NCBI GenBank assembly: GCA_964536295.1
Contig: CAZHVX010000001.1
Span: 1-51,869, forward strand
Length of the DNA: 51,869 nt
Direction: 5' to 3'
DNA from: an uncultured Pseudomonadota bacterium
GTDB lineage: Bacteria; UBA10199; CAZHVX01
The notes under the pieces are model-generated. The model saw only the letters and a list, made by a program, of their open reading frames with translations. It made no database searches and was not told the origin of the DNA. A program made the position numbers and the translations under genes. Below are positions 8,270 to 16,334 of this stretch, one piece after another (position 1 is the first letter of the stretch; each line of letters begins with the position of its first letter).

Positions 8270-10681
8270 ATGTACCACAAAATCATCAAAAAGATAACTG
8301 CGATACTTATCAAATACTCTTGCGTAATACTTATTTTGGGCATTGCTTTAACTGCAGTTACCACAAAATACTCCATTGAATTATTTAAAAACATCGAAAC
8401 AGATTTTGCTTCACTTCTACCAAAGGGCTATCCAAGCGTTCAAAGGTATGAAGTCATCCGCGATAAATTCAAAAAAGTTAAGAATCTGATTCTGGTTGTC
8501 AAAACCGAGGATGCCAAAACCGTAAAAGAAATACTTCCGGATTTGGCCGCACATATAGAAAAACATCCGGATGTGAAGATGGTTCAGTTTAAAAAACCCG
8601 GATATGATTTTTTTAATAAGAATAAGTTGCTATATCTAAATTTTGATGATCTTAAAGACTTCAGAGACAGGATTGACCGTCGAATCCAAAGGGAAAAGCT
8701 AGGGGGGTTATACATAAGTTTCGATGATGAGGGTGATGACGAACCTCAAACATTTGAAGAATTAAAGAAGAAATACAGCGCTAAATATTCAGAGGGTATA
8801 ATAAGTGAGTATTTCACCAATGATGACGAAACTGTATTTCTAATGCATATCGATCCTAAAACGGCGACAACAACAAACTTGAATTTCTCGAAAACTTTCT
8901 TTAATAACATTAAAAACACCGTCGAAGAATGGAACATCAAGGATAAGGACCCAACAGTAGAAATTTTATGGACAGGTAGCATTAAAACGTACCTGGATGA
9001 GTATTATACAACGATCGATGATTTAACGCGAGCAGGTATTATTTCCGCAATAGCAATAGTGCTCCTAATATTGGTTTATTACAGGCACTGGTCAGCTCTC
9101 TTCTTTATCCTTATTCCACTTGCCATGGGCCTTTCATGGAACTTTGGTGCAATCTATCACATCATTGGTCAGTTAAATATGATAACGGCATTTCTATTTT
9201 CGATACTTTTTGGATTGGGAATCGATTTCGGAATCCACATGTTTTCAAGATACGTGGAGGAAAGAAAACGAAGCAGGGATCTATCCGAAGCAATATTCCA
9301 TATGTTGGCATATACCGGCAGGTCATCATTTACAGCCGGAATGACAACGTGCACTGTATTTTTTCTATTGATCGTTAATGATTTTAAAGGATTCTCTGAA
9401 TTTGGATTAATTGCAGGCCTGGGACTTATTACAACTCTTTTGGCTTTCTATATTATTCTTCCGGCCATGCTCGCAGTGGCTGATAAACTACACATTTATA
9501 AAATCAAAACGGAAATCTTTAAAGAAGTCGATTCAAAGTTGATGGGTAAAGCTTTTCCGAAACCCAAACTCATTGTTGCAGCGAGTGGCGTCTTTGTCAT
9601 CTTATCTTTAGTCGCTATGTACTTTATAAGTTTTAATTATGATTTTACCGAGCTAAGAATAAAGGTCCCAGCCACCCTGCAAGCAAAGGAAAAATCATAT
9701 GAGGTATCAAAGAGACGTTCGGTTCCATCCGTTGTACTCTTAAATGGCAAAGACCAGGCCGAAGCAGTTCGCAAGGCCGTAGAGGATCTCAAAAAACAGC
9801 CAGATAGCCTAATAGATTCCTTCAGATCGGTATATACTCTCGTTCCGAATAATCAGGATGAAAAAATGGCTGTAATGAAGGAAATCCGAACACTTCTTGA
9901 AGATGATGTCGTTGATAAATTGGTAAAGGGGGAAAAACGTGAGCATCTTGATGATTTAAAAGAATCAACATTTGCAGGTCCCGTCAAGTTTGAGGATCTT
10001 CCTAAAAATATAACAGAGCTCTTTTTTGGCGATGAATCCGATAGGTTTGAAGGGAATGAAGAACTGGTATATATCTTTCCGAAAGGGGAAATAGAACTGT
10101 CAGATGGTAGATATGCCCTTCACTTTGCCGATGAAGTGCGTGATATAGCAACGAATCAAGGTATATTCCATGCCGCATCTAGCTCTGTTATATTTGCGGA
10201 TGTTTTGGCCATGATGTTGCGCGATTCTAGACGAGCAGTTCTTTTTTCATTTTTATGCGTGGGATTCCTGCTTTTCCTTGATTTCAAAAAAACCAAAAAA
10301 GTCGTGATTGTCATGATCCCTCTACTATGTGGAACACTTTGGATGCTTGGAACAATGGTAGTCACAGGGGGACAGCTAAACTTTTTTAATATGATAGTAC
10401 TACCAACCATTTTGGGATTGGGAATAGATTACGGTGTGCATTTTTATCATCGCTTCGAGGAAGAGGGGTACAAGAATGTCATGAAGGTGTGGCGCTACAC
10501 CGGAAATGCAATCCTTATGACATCACTTACAACAATTGCGGGTTTTTCTGGGCTTATCTTTACAAATCACGGTGGGCTAAGAACAATCGGGACTCTGGCC
10601 GTTATAGGGATCACAACGTGCCTTATCGCCTCTGTGGTTTTCCTACCGGCTATACTGCAATTACAATCACAAAAAGGTTAG
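8270..10681 (+). CDS. MMPL/RND-superfamily membrane exporter (HpnN-like architecture)
   Basis: Two 5-6 TM bundles, each followed or preceded by a large soluble loop. The GLGIDFGIH and GLGIDYGVH motifs are duplicated. Confidence 0.8.
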   Translation: MYHKIIKKITAILIKYSCVILILGIALTAVTTKYSIELFKNIETDFASLLPKGYPSVQRYEVIRDKFKKVKNLILVVKTEDAKTVKEILPDLAAHIEKHPDVKMVQFKKPGYDFFNKNKLLYLNFDDLKDFRDRIDRRIQREKLGGLYISFDDEGDDEPQTFEELKKKYSAKYSEGIISEYFTNDDETVFLMHIDPKTATTTNLNFSKTFFNNIKNTVEEWNIKDKDPTVEILWTGSIKTYLDEYYTTIDDLTRAGIISAIAIVLLILVYYRHWSALFFILIPLAMGLSWNFGAIYHIIGQLNMITAFLFSILFGLGIDFGIHMFSRYVEERKRSRDLSEAIFHMLAYTGRSSFTAGMTTCTVFFLLIVNDFKGFSEFGLIAGLGLITTLLAFYIILPAMLAVADKLHIYKIKTEIFKEVDSKLMGKAFPKPKLIVAASGVFVILSLVAMYFISFNYDFTELRIKVPATLQAKEKSYEVSKRRSVPSVVLLNGKDQAEAVRKAVEDLKKQPDSLIDSFRSVYTLVPNNQDEKMAVMKEIRTLLEDDVVDKLVKGEKREHLDDLKESTFAGPVKFEDLPKNITELFFGDESDRFEGNEELVYIFPKGEIELSDGRYALHFADEVRDIATNQGIFHAASSSVIFADVLAMMLRDSRRAVLFSFLCVGFLLFLDFKKTKKVVIVMIPLLCGTLWMLGTMVVTGGQLNFFNMIVLPTILGLGIDYGVHFYHRFEEEGYKNVMKVWRYTGNAILMTSLTTIAGFSGLIFTNHGGLRTIGTLAVIGITTCLIASVVFLPAILQLQSQKG

Positions 10682-10693
10682 TGGATCTATTAT

Positions 10694-10732
10694 TAGTACC
10701 ATGTTGACATATGGTACTATTTATAGTACAAT
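10694..10732 (+). promoter_or_regulatory. Consensus promoter with an embedded operator palindrome; probably a leaderless transcript for the HTH-MNT gene
   Basis: TTGACA (10704-10709), 17 nt, TATAAT-like TACAAT (10727-10732). The ATG lies 7 nt after the -10 box. TAGTACCAT (10694-10702) and ATGGTACTA (10711-10719) form a perfect inverted repeat flanking the -35 box, and a third TAGTAC sits at 10724. Confidence 0.6.
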
Positions 10733-10738
10733 GCCCAC

Positions 10739-11251
10739 ATGAATATTAGAGATGAAATACGCGGTTCAATCGACCAAGTAGGGATATCCATACGTCAACT
10801 ATCAATACAAAGTGGTGTCAGGCGCCAAAGTATTATAAATTTTTTGAATGGGGGAAATATCCATTTAGATAATTTATCAAAGATACTAGAAGCACTTGAT
10901 TTGGATATTAAACTAATCAAAAAAACAAGGAATCAAAACCAATTAATTAAAGAACGTCTTTCAACCGACCCTACAAAAATATCAAAATTTTGCAAAAAAA
11001 ATAAAATAAATTTTCTTGCTGTTTTCGGATCCATACTGCGCAAGGATTTTACCAAAAAAAGTGATATCGATGTTTTGATCAAGCTAGACAAACCTATATC
11101 TTTTTTTGAACTATTCGAAATCGAAAAAGAACTTAAACAGCTATTCAAGACCGAGCACGAACTGGATGTGGTAACCGTTAATTCATTATCCCCGTTAATA
11201 AGGCAGGACGTACTGAATAATAACGAGGTTTTATATGAAAAAGCGTCCTGA
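10739..11251 (+). CDS. Fusion of an XRE-type HTH with a minimal nucleotidyltransferase (MNT antitoxin of the HEPN/MNT type VII TA family)
   Basis: N-terminal HTH (ISIRQLSIQSGVRRQSIINFLNG). C-terminal NTase motif (FGSILRKDFTKKSDIDVLIK ... LDVV). Confidence 0.75.
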   Translation: MNIRDEIRGSIDQVGISIRQLSIQSGVRRQSIINFLNGGNIHLDNLSKILEALDLDIKLIKKTRNQNQLIKERLSTDPTKISKFCKKNKINFLAVFGSILRKDFTKKSDIDVLIKLDKPISFFELFEIEKELKQLFKTEHELDVVTVNSLSPLIRQDVLNNNEVLYEKAS

Positions 11252-11573
11252 AATATTTTTCGATCATATGTTAATTGCTATTAACACCATAGAAAAATAT
11301 ATCCATGACTATAATTATAAAAAATTCATGGAAGATTCAAAAACAACAGACGCCGTTATTAGACAGCTGGAAATTCTGGGTGAAGCCGCTAGCAATATCC
11401 CGCTTAAAATTGTAATCGATTCACCGATTTCATGGCATTCTATAGTGGGAATGAGAAATCGATTGATTCATGATTATTTTGGGGTCGATTTGGAGATCGT
11501 GTGGAAAACAAGTAAGAAATCATTGGGTTCATTAAAAAAATACCTACAAACAAAACTAAGCACTAAGTTCTAA
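11235..11573 (+). CDS. HEPN-domain (DUF86) toxin
   Basis: RNRLIHDYF contains the Rx4H motif. About 110 aa. Overlaps the MNT stop by 17 nt. Confidence 0.8.
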   Translation: MKKRPEIFFDHMLIAINTIEKYIHDYNYKKFMEDSKTTDAVIRQLEILGEAASNIPLKIVIDSPISWHSIVGMRNRLIHDYFGVDLEIVWKTSKKSLGSLKKYLQTKLSTKF

Positions 11574-11576
11574 GTT

Positions 11577-13154
11577 CTATCTTCTCACATAAATATCCAT
11601 CCCATCCATATTGGCTTCGTATTCGTAATGCTGATCAACATATTCCTGAAGATAGGGAAATTTTTCGATCAAATAATTCTCATATCCATGTCGTTTGGCA
11701 ATTGCCGTATCCACAAAATAAACGGGTTTGTTTTTGTTGAAATCGTCAAACAACATCCTCCAGGCACCTTCGGTTGCCCAGTTTGAGGTTGTATACTTTG
11801 GATCCGATGAAAACTTAGAGCCGGCAATCCGCCCGGTTACCCAATCGCACCAGGTAAAACGGGATGCTGGTTTTCTGTCAGCGTAAAAGTAGATGGGTGT
11901 GGCAAATCCCCAGACAAAGATATGATCATCCACCGATGTTTTTTCCATAATATATCTGGCAACGGGGCGGTAATCATCGGGATTATCCTCACCGACCCAT
12001 GAATAAATTTGATTTTTTATCATTCGCGCACCAAAGAAGGCAACAGAGGGAAGCAGTATACCAAGCATAAACATGACGTACGCCCATTGCATGGCCTTTG
12101 GCTTCATTACGGGAAGCTTTATTAGAAATCTATCCACTTGATATGAAGCCAATATGCAAAGAGCTGGTAGCAGTTGAATAAAATAATGCCCGTAATATCT
12201 TCCGCCAATCGTTACAGGATAAATGCTGAACAAAAACCAGAAAAACAACACATATATGGCTGTTTGCTCTTTGGTTCTGTCGACTGAAATGAAAATATTC
12301 TTGAATAACCTTAGAATTTCACGCACACCAAAAAACCAAATTAAAAAAGTTGAGACAATAAAAGTGGAGGAGCGGACAAAGAATTTACGAAGGACATCAA
12401 TGACGGTTTTGCCGGCATCTATGTAGGCCATGCTCCCCTTGATGCTCCAAAAATAATAATCATCCAATACGCCCATCAGGTGCAAATGCAATAAATATAT
12501 AAGATACATGACGATAGCACCTGAGAAAAATATAGAGAATGCCCAAATCTTGGGTTTATTGAGTGTCTTTCGTAAGAACAGGGGACGAAAAATAAGCAGA
12601 TAGAATGCTATAACAAAAAGATTCATCCCTCCCTGATATTTAAAAAGAGCTCCAATCATCAGAAAAATACCACTCAAAAAAAGGAGCCATTTTTTACTAT
12701 GATCTTCCTCCCACTTTAGAAAATAAAAAATACTTACGGTAAGGGGCAACATCATCAATATTACAATGTTCGTTGAAATGAATTTAGGTATATAGGTGGT
12801 TGTAAAGATCACATAGAAAAGCGCCGCCAGCAATCCCGATCGCTCATTGTATAGATGCTTGCCGATTCTAAAGCAAAAGAGGGCGGTCACACCGACCCAA
12901 ATGGCTGTAAAGAAATGAATGGCGATCATGTTATTTTTGCCAAATATCCAAAAGATGACGGTGAAAAAGTAGTAAACGAAGAGGGGTTTCGTATCTACTG
13001 TGTCTATGTATGGTGATCCCCCATCAAGAAGCGTGTTGGCAAATACCGCAAATTGGGACTCATCAATATCCAGGATGGGATAAATGTAAGAAGGAATCCT
13101 TAAAATCACAGAAAGCAATAATATCCCTAAAAATATTTTTGTCGTTCTTTTCAT
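11577..13154 (-). CDS. GT-C fold glycosyltransferase (ArnT/PMT-like, polyprenyl-phosphate-sugar dependent)
   Basis: At least 10 TM helices. The first periplasmic loop carries DIDESQFA...DTKPL, the acidic DxD/E motif of ArnT/PMT_2 enzymes. Confidence 0.7.
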   Translation of the reverse strand: MKRTTKIFLGILLLSVILRIPSYIYPILDIDESQFAVFANTLLDGGSPYIDTVDTKPLFVYYFFTVIFWIFGKNNMIAIHFFTAIWVGVTALFCFRIGKHLYNERSGLLAALFYVIFTTTYIPKFISTNIVILMMLPLTVSIFYFLKWEEDHSKKWLLFLSGIFLMIGALFKYQGGMNLFVIAFYLLIFRPLFLRKTLNKPKIWAFSIFFSGAIVMYLIYLLHLHLMGVLDDYYFWSIKGSMAYIDAGKTVIDVLRKFFVRSSTFIVSTFLIWFFGVREILRLFKNIFISVDRTKEQTAIYVLFFWFLFSIYPVTIGGRYYGHYFIQLLPALCILASYQVDRFLIKLPVMKPKAMQWAYVMFMLGILLPSVAFFGARMIKNQIYSWVGEDNPDDYRPVARYIMEKTSVDDHIFVWGFATPIYFYADRKPASRFTWCDWVTGRIAGSKFSSDPKYTTSNWATEGAWRMLFDDFNKNKPVYFVDTAIAKRHGYENYLIEKFPYLQEYVDQHYEYEANMDGMDIYVRR

Positions 13155-13274
13155 ACGGGACGAGTTTGCTTATTTAACTCAATAATGTCAAGGTTTCCTT
13201 GATCATTGACACCTTGTTGGCCCTGTGCTAACTCTGCAATTTCTATAAGCAAATTAAACACTTTGGAGAAGCAT

Positions 13275-14249
13275 ATGGAACTTACGAAAACTAATAATCG
13301 CCCATTTGAGATCTCAATAATTGCGCCATTTTATAATGAAGAGGAAAATCTTCCGCAACTTTACGAAGAAGTTACAAGTGTTATGCATGAAATGGGGGTT
13401 AATTACGAGATTATCTTTGTGGATGATGGTAGTGTCGACAAGGGGCCGGACCTAATCAAAGAATGGGCAAAAAAGGATAATGCTGTAAAATTGGTACAGC
13501 TTTCAAGGAACTTTGGGCAAACCGCTGCAATGTCCGCCGGATTTGATTATGCCAATGGCAAAATCTATGTTGCAATCGATGCCGATAATCAAAATGACCC
13601 AACAGATATTCCGGACCTGGTTACAAAGTTGAAAGAGGGTTTCGATATCGTCAGTGGCTGGCGAAAAAAACGTAAAGATAAAATGTTTACGCGCAGGATT
13701 CCTTCCATGATCGCGAATAAATTAATTTCCAAATCAACCGGTGTAAATCTGCATGATTACGGATGCTCATTAAAGGCTTACAAGGCGGAATTTATTGACA
13801 GCATCTCTCTCTATGGTGAAATGCATCGATTCATCCCAATCTACTCGGCAATGGCAGGGGCAAAGGTAGGTGAATTGCCGGTTAATCACAGGGCAAGGAC
13901 ACGAGGCAAAACAAAATATGGCCTGAATAGAATATTCAAGGTCATCATGGACCTCATAACAATAAAATTTCTGAGTGCGTTTTCAACCAAACCCAGTTAT
14001 CTCTTTGGTGGTATAGGAATGACATTCTGCGCACTTGGAATTTTTTCTGGAATAGAAGTTCTATTGGAAAAATATATTGCGGGGACCTTCGCTCACAGAA
14101 ACCCATTTTTACTCTTAGCCGTTTTTCTCTTCATATTAGGCATTCTGTCGATCATGATGGGGTTAATAGCCGAACTCTTAATACGTATCTATCATGAGTC
14201 ACAGGGAAAACGAATCTATTTGGTAAAAGATAAAATAAACCTAGAATGA
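13275..14249 (+). CDS. GT2 polyprenyl-phosphate glycosyltransferase (ArnC/DPM1-like) with C-terminal TM helices
   Basis: IIAPFYNEEENL, VDDGS.D, DAD.Q motifs and two C-terminal TM helices. Start moved to the ATG at 13275, which has a GGAGAA SD. Confidence 0.8.
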   Translation: MELTKTNNRPFEISIIAPFYNEEENLPQLYEEVTSVMHEMGVNYEIIFVDDGSVDKGPDLIKEWAKKDNAVKLVQLSRNFGQTAAMSAGFDYANGKIYVAIDADNQNDPTDIPDLVTKLKEGFDIVSGWRKKRKDKMFTRRIPSMIANKLISKSTGVNLHDYGCSLKAYKAEFIDSISLYGEMHRFIPIYSAMAGAKVGELPVNHRARTRGKTKYGLNRIFKVIMDLITIKFLSAFSTKPSYLFGGIGMTFCALGIFSGIEVLLEKYIAGTFAHRNPFLLLAVFLFILGILSIMMGLIAELLIRIYHESQGKRIYLVKDKINLE

Positions 14250-14358
14250 CGTTGTTCGTTGACGCAGCCCGTATCGTTAGTCAGTTACGGTGACGTCTCA
14301 TCAACCGTAACCGAAAAACGTTACCGATACAGGTAGCGTTACCGTTAAACAAACAACG
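14250..14358. repeat. Nested imperfect palindrome between the GT2 gene and asnB
   Basis: CGTTGTTCGTT (14250-14260) pairs with AAACAAACAACG (14347-14358), and GTTACGGT (14284) pairs with ACCGTAAC (14305). CGTTACCG is directly repeated at 14319 and 14337. Confidence 0.6.
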
Positions 14359-14366
14359 AATTAATC

Positions 14367-16247
14367 ATGTGTGGAATTTGCGGCATAATTCACAAAGATT
14401 TATCAAAGCCTATTGATCAAAAAATCATTAGGGCCATGAGCGATTCGCTTCAACACCGCGGCCCAGATACCGAGGGTTTTCACATTGAAGAGGGCGTTGG
14501 CCTAGCAGTCAAGCGATTGGCTATCATCGATGTGCAAAATGGCAATCAGCCCGTATATAATAATGACAAATCAATTATAGCAATTGTTAACGGTGAAATT
14601 TATAATCACAAGGACTTAAGGAATAAACTTTCAGGAAAAGGAATTAGTTTTAGAAGTAACTCCGATGCCGAGGTTGTTCCGCACTTATACGAAAAGCATG
14701 GTATTGATTTTGCCTCCCATCTGAATGGAATGTTTGCAATTGCAATTTGGGATGCACGTGAAAGACAGCTAATCCTGGCTAGGGATAGAATGGGGCAGAA
14801 GCCATTATATTATACCACAATTAACAACTCACTTATCTTTGGATCAGAGCTGAAGGCCCTTATTGTTCATCCAGATTTCAAAAGAGATATTGATAGAGAG
14901 GCCTTGTCAAAATATCTGGCATATGAATATATCCCATCTCCAAAAACAATCTTTAAAAATACTTCAAAACTCGAAGCCGGCACATATCTCATATTTAAAA
15001 ATGGAACCATCACTATAAAAAAATATTGGGATATACCAATAAAAGATTTTAACTCCTACAAAGGTTCATTTAACGATGCAAAGGCAGAACTGTTAGAGTT
15101 GCTTGCCAATTCCGTTAAAAGGCGCTTGATGAGTGACGTTCCGCTGGGTATCTTTTTAAGTGGAGGTGTTGATTCGTCAAGCATAACCGCGTTAATGTCA
15201 AAATATACGGATCCTGAAAGGATCAACACATTCACAATTGGTTTTCATGAAAAATCATTTGACGAATCTTCTTATGCAAGGTTGGTGGCCTCAAAATACA
15301 AAACCAATCATAAAGAAAAATACTGCACACCTGGAACGATGCTTGATGTTGTTCCAAAAATTGTAGATTTCTTGGATGAACCACTTGGTGATGCATCCAT
15401 AATTCCAACGTATCTCCTTTCACAATTCACGAAAGAACACGTAACGGTTGCATTATCAGGGGATGGGGGGGATGAACTTTTCGCCGGCTATCCAACCTTT
15501 CAGGCAGCAAAATTAATAAAATATTATGAGCTGCTGCCAAAGAGTATGCGTAAAAATTTTCTTGAACCGCTGATAAATAAATTACCGGTTTCAACCGACA
15601 ACTTTAGTTTCGATTTCAAACTTAAACGCTTTATCAATAGTTCAAATATCATTATGCCTCATCGACACTTTGCGTGGATGGGTTCCTTCAACAAATTTGA
15701 TCAGGCCAGCTTATTGATCGACAACTCTTTTAATGATCACATATACGAGGATGTAGATAGATACATCACAGACTCACAAACGGATAACACCGATTTACAG
15801 GCCCTCTATCTTTACAAGAAACTCTATCTCCAGAACGATCTATTAACAAAGGTGGATAGAGCCTCCATGGCGTGCTCCCTTGAAGCCAGGGCCCCGTTTT
15901 TGGATCATGAACTTGTGGAGTTTGTCTCAAAACTTCCGTATGAATGGAAAATTAAGGGGTTAACGACCAAATATATCCTCAAAGAGGCTATGAGGCCCTA
16001 CCTGCCAAAAACTATTATTAAAAGAAGCAAAAAAGGCTTTGGTATCCCGGTAGCCAAATGGCTAAAAGGCCCATTAAAAGAATTGACCCTTGACCTATTA
16101 GCCCCAGATAAATTAAAAAGAGAGGGCCTTTTCAATGTCGATTATGTCCAAAAACTTATTGATGAACACTATCGGGGTAGTGTAGATAGGCGTAAAAAGC
16201 TTTGGACGTTATTGATCTTCGAAATGTGGCTTTCAAAATGGATGTAA
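14367..16247 (+). CDS. asnB: Asparagine synthase (glutamine-hydrolysing) family amidotransferase
   Basis: MCGI N-terminal Cys nucleophile (Ntn domain) and the SGGVDSS PP-loop motif. Confidence 0.85.
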   Translation: MCGICGIIHKDLSKPIDQKIIRAMSDSLQHRGPDTEGFHIEEGVGLAVKRLAIIDVQNGNQPVYNNDKSIIAIVNGEIYNHKDLRNKLSGKGISFRSNSDAEVVPHLYEKHGIDFASHLNGMFAIAIWDARERQLILARDRMGQKPLYYTTINNSLIFGSELKALIVHPDFKRDIDREALSKYLAYEYIPSPKTIFKNTSKLEAGTYLIFKNGTITIKKYWDIPIKDFNSYKGSFNDAKAELLELLANSVKRRLMSDVPLGIFLSGGVDSSSITALMSKYTDPERINTFTIGFHEKSFDESSYARLVASKYKTNHKEKYCTPGTMLDVVPKIVDFLDEPLGDASIIPTYLLSQFTKEHVTVALSGDGGDELFAGYPTFQAAKLIKYYELLPKSMRKNFLEPLINKLPVSTDNFSFDFKLKRFINSSNIIMPHRHFAWMGSFNKFDQASLLIDNSFNDHIYEDVDRYITDSQTDNTDLQALYLYKKLYLQNDLLTKVDRASMACSLEARAPFLDHELVEFVSKLPYEWKIKGLTTKYILKEAMRPYLPKTIIKRSKKGFGIPVAKWLKGPLKELTLDLLAPDKLKREGLFNVDYVQKLIDEHYRGSVDRRKKLWTLLIFEMWLSKWM

Positions 16248-16248
16248 T

Positions 16249-16318
16249 GGCTGAGAGATTTTAGAACTTAGCTGAGAGAATAAATAACTCTCAGCCCTCA
16301 GCTAAGCTCTCTCAGCTT
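16249..16318. repeat. Family B palindromic repeat (GCTGAGAG ... CTCTCAGC arms), copy B1
   Basis: GCTGAGAG aataaataa CTCTCAGC, with extra tandem CTCAGC arms. Ends 18 nt before the leuS ATG. Confidence 0.85.
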
Positions 16319-16334
16319 AAATAAAAGGGAAGTT

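Noticed and set aside
13206-13274. TTG-initiated 23-codon extension of the GT2 gene
   Set aside because: The ATG at 13275 with a GGAGAA SD gives the canonical GT2 N-terminus, and the extension is Cys/Trp-rich and atypical.
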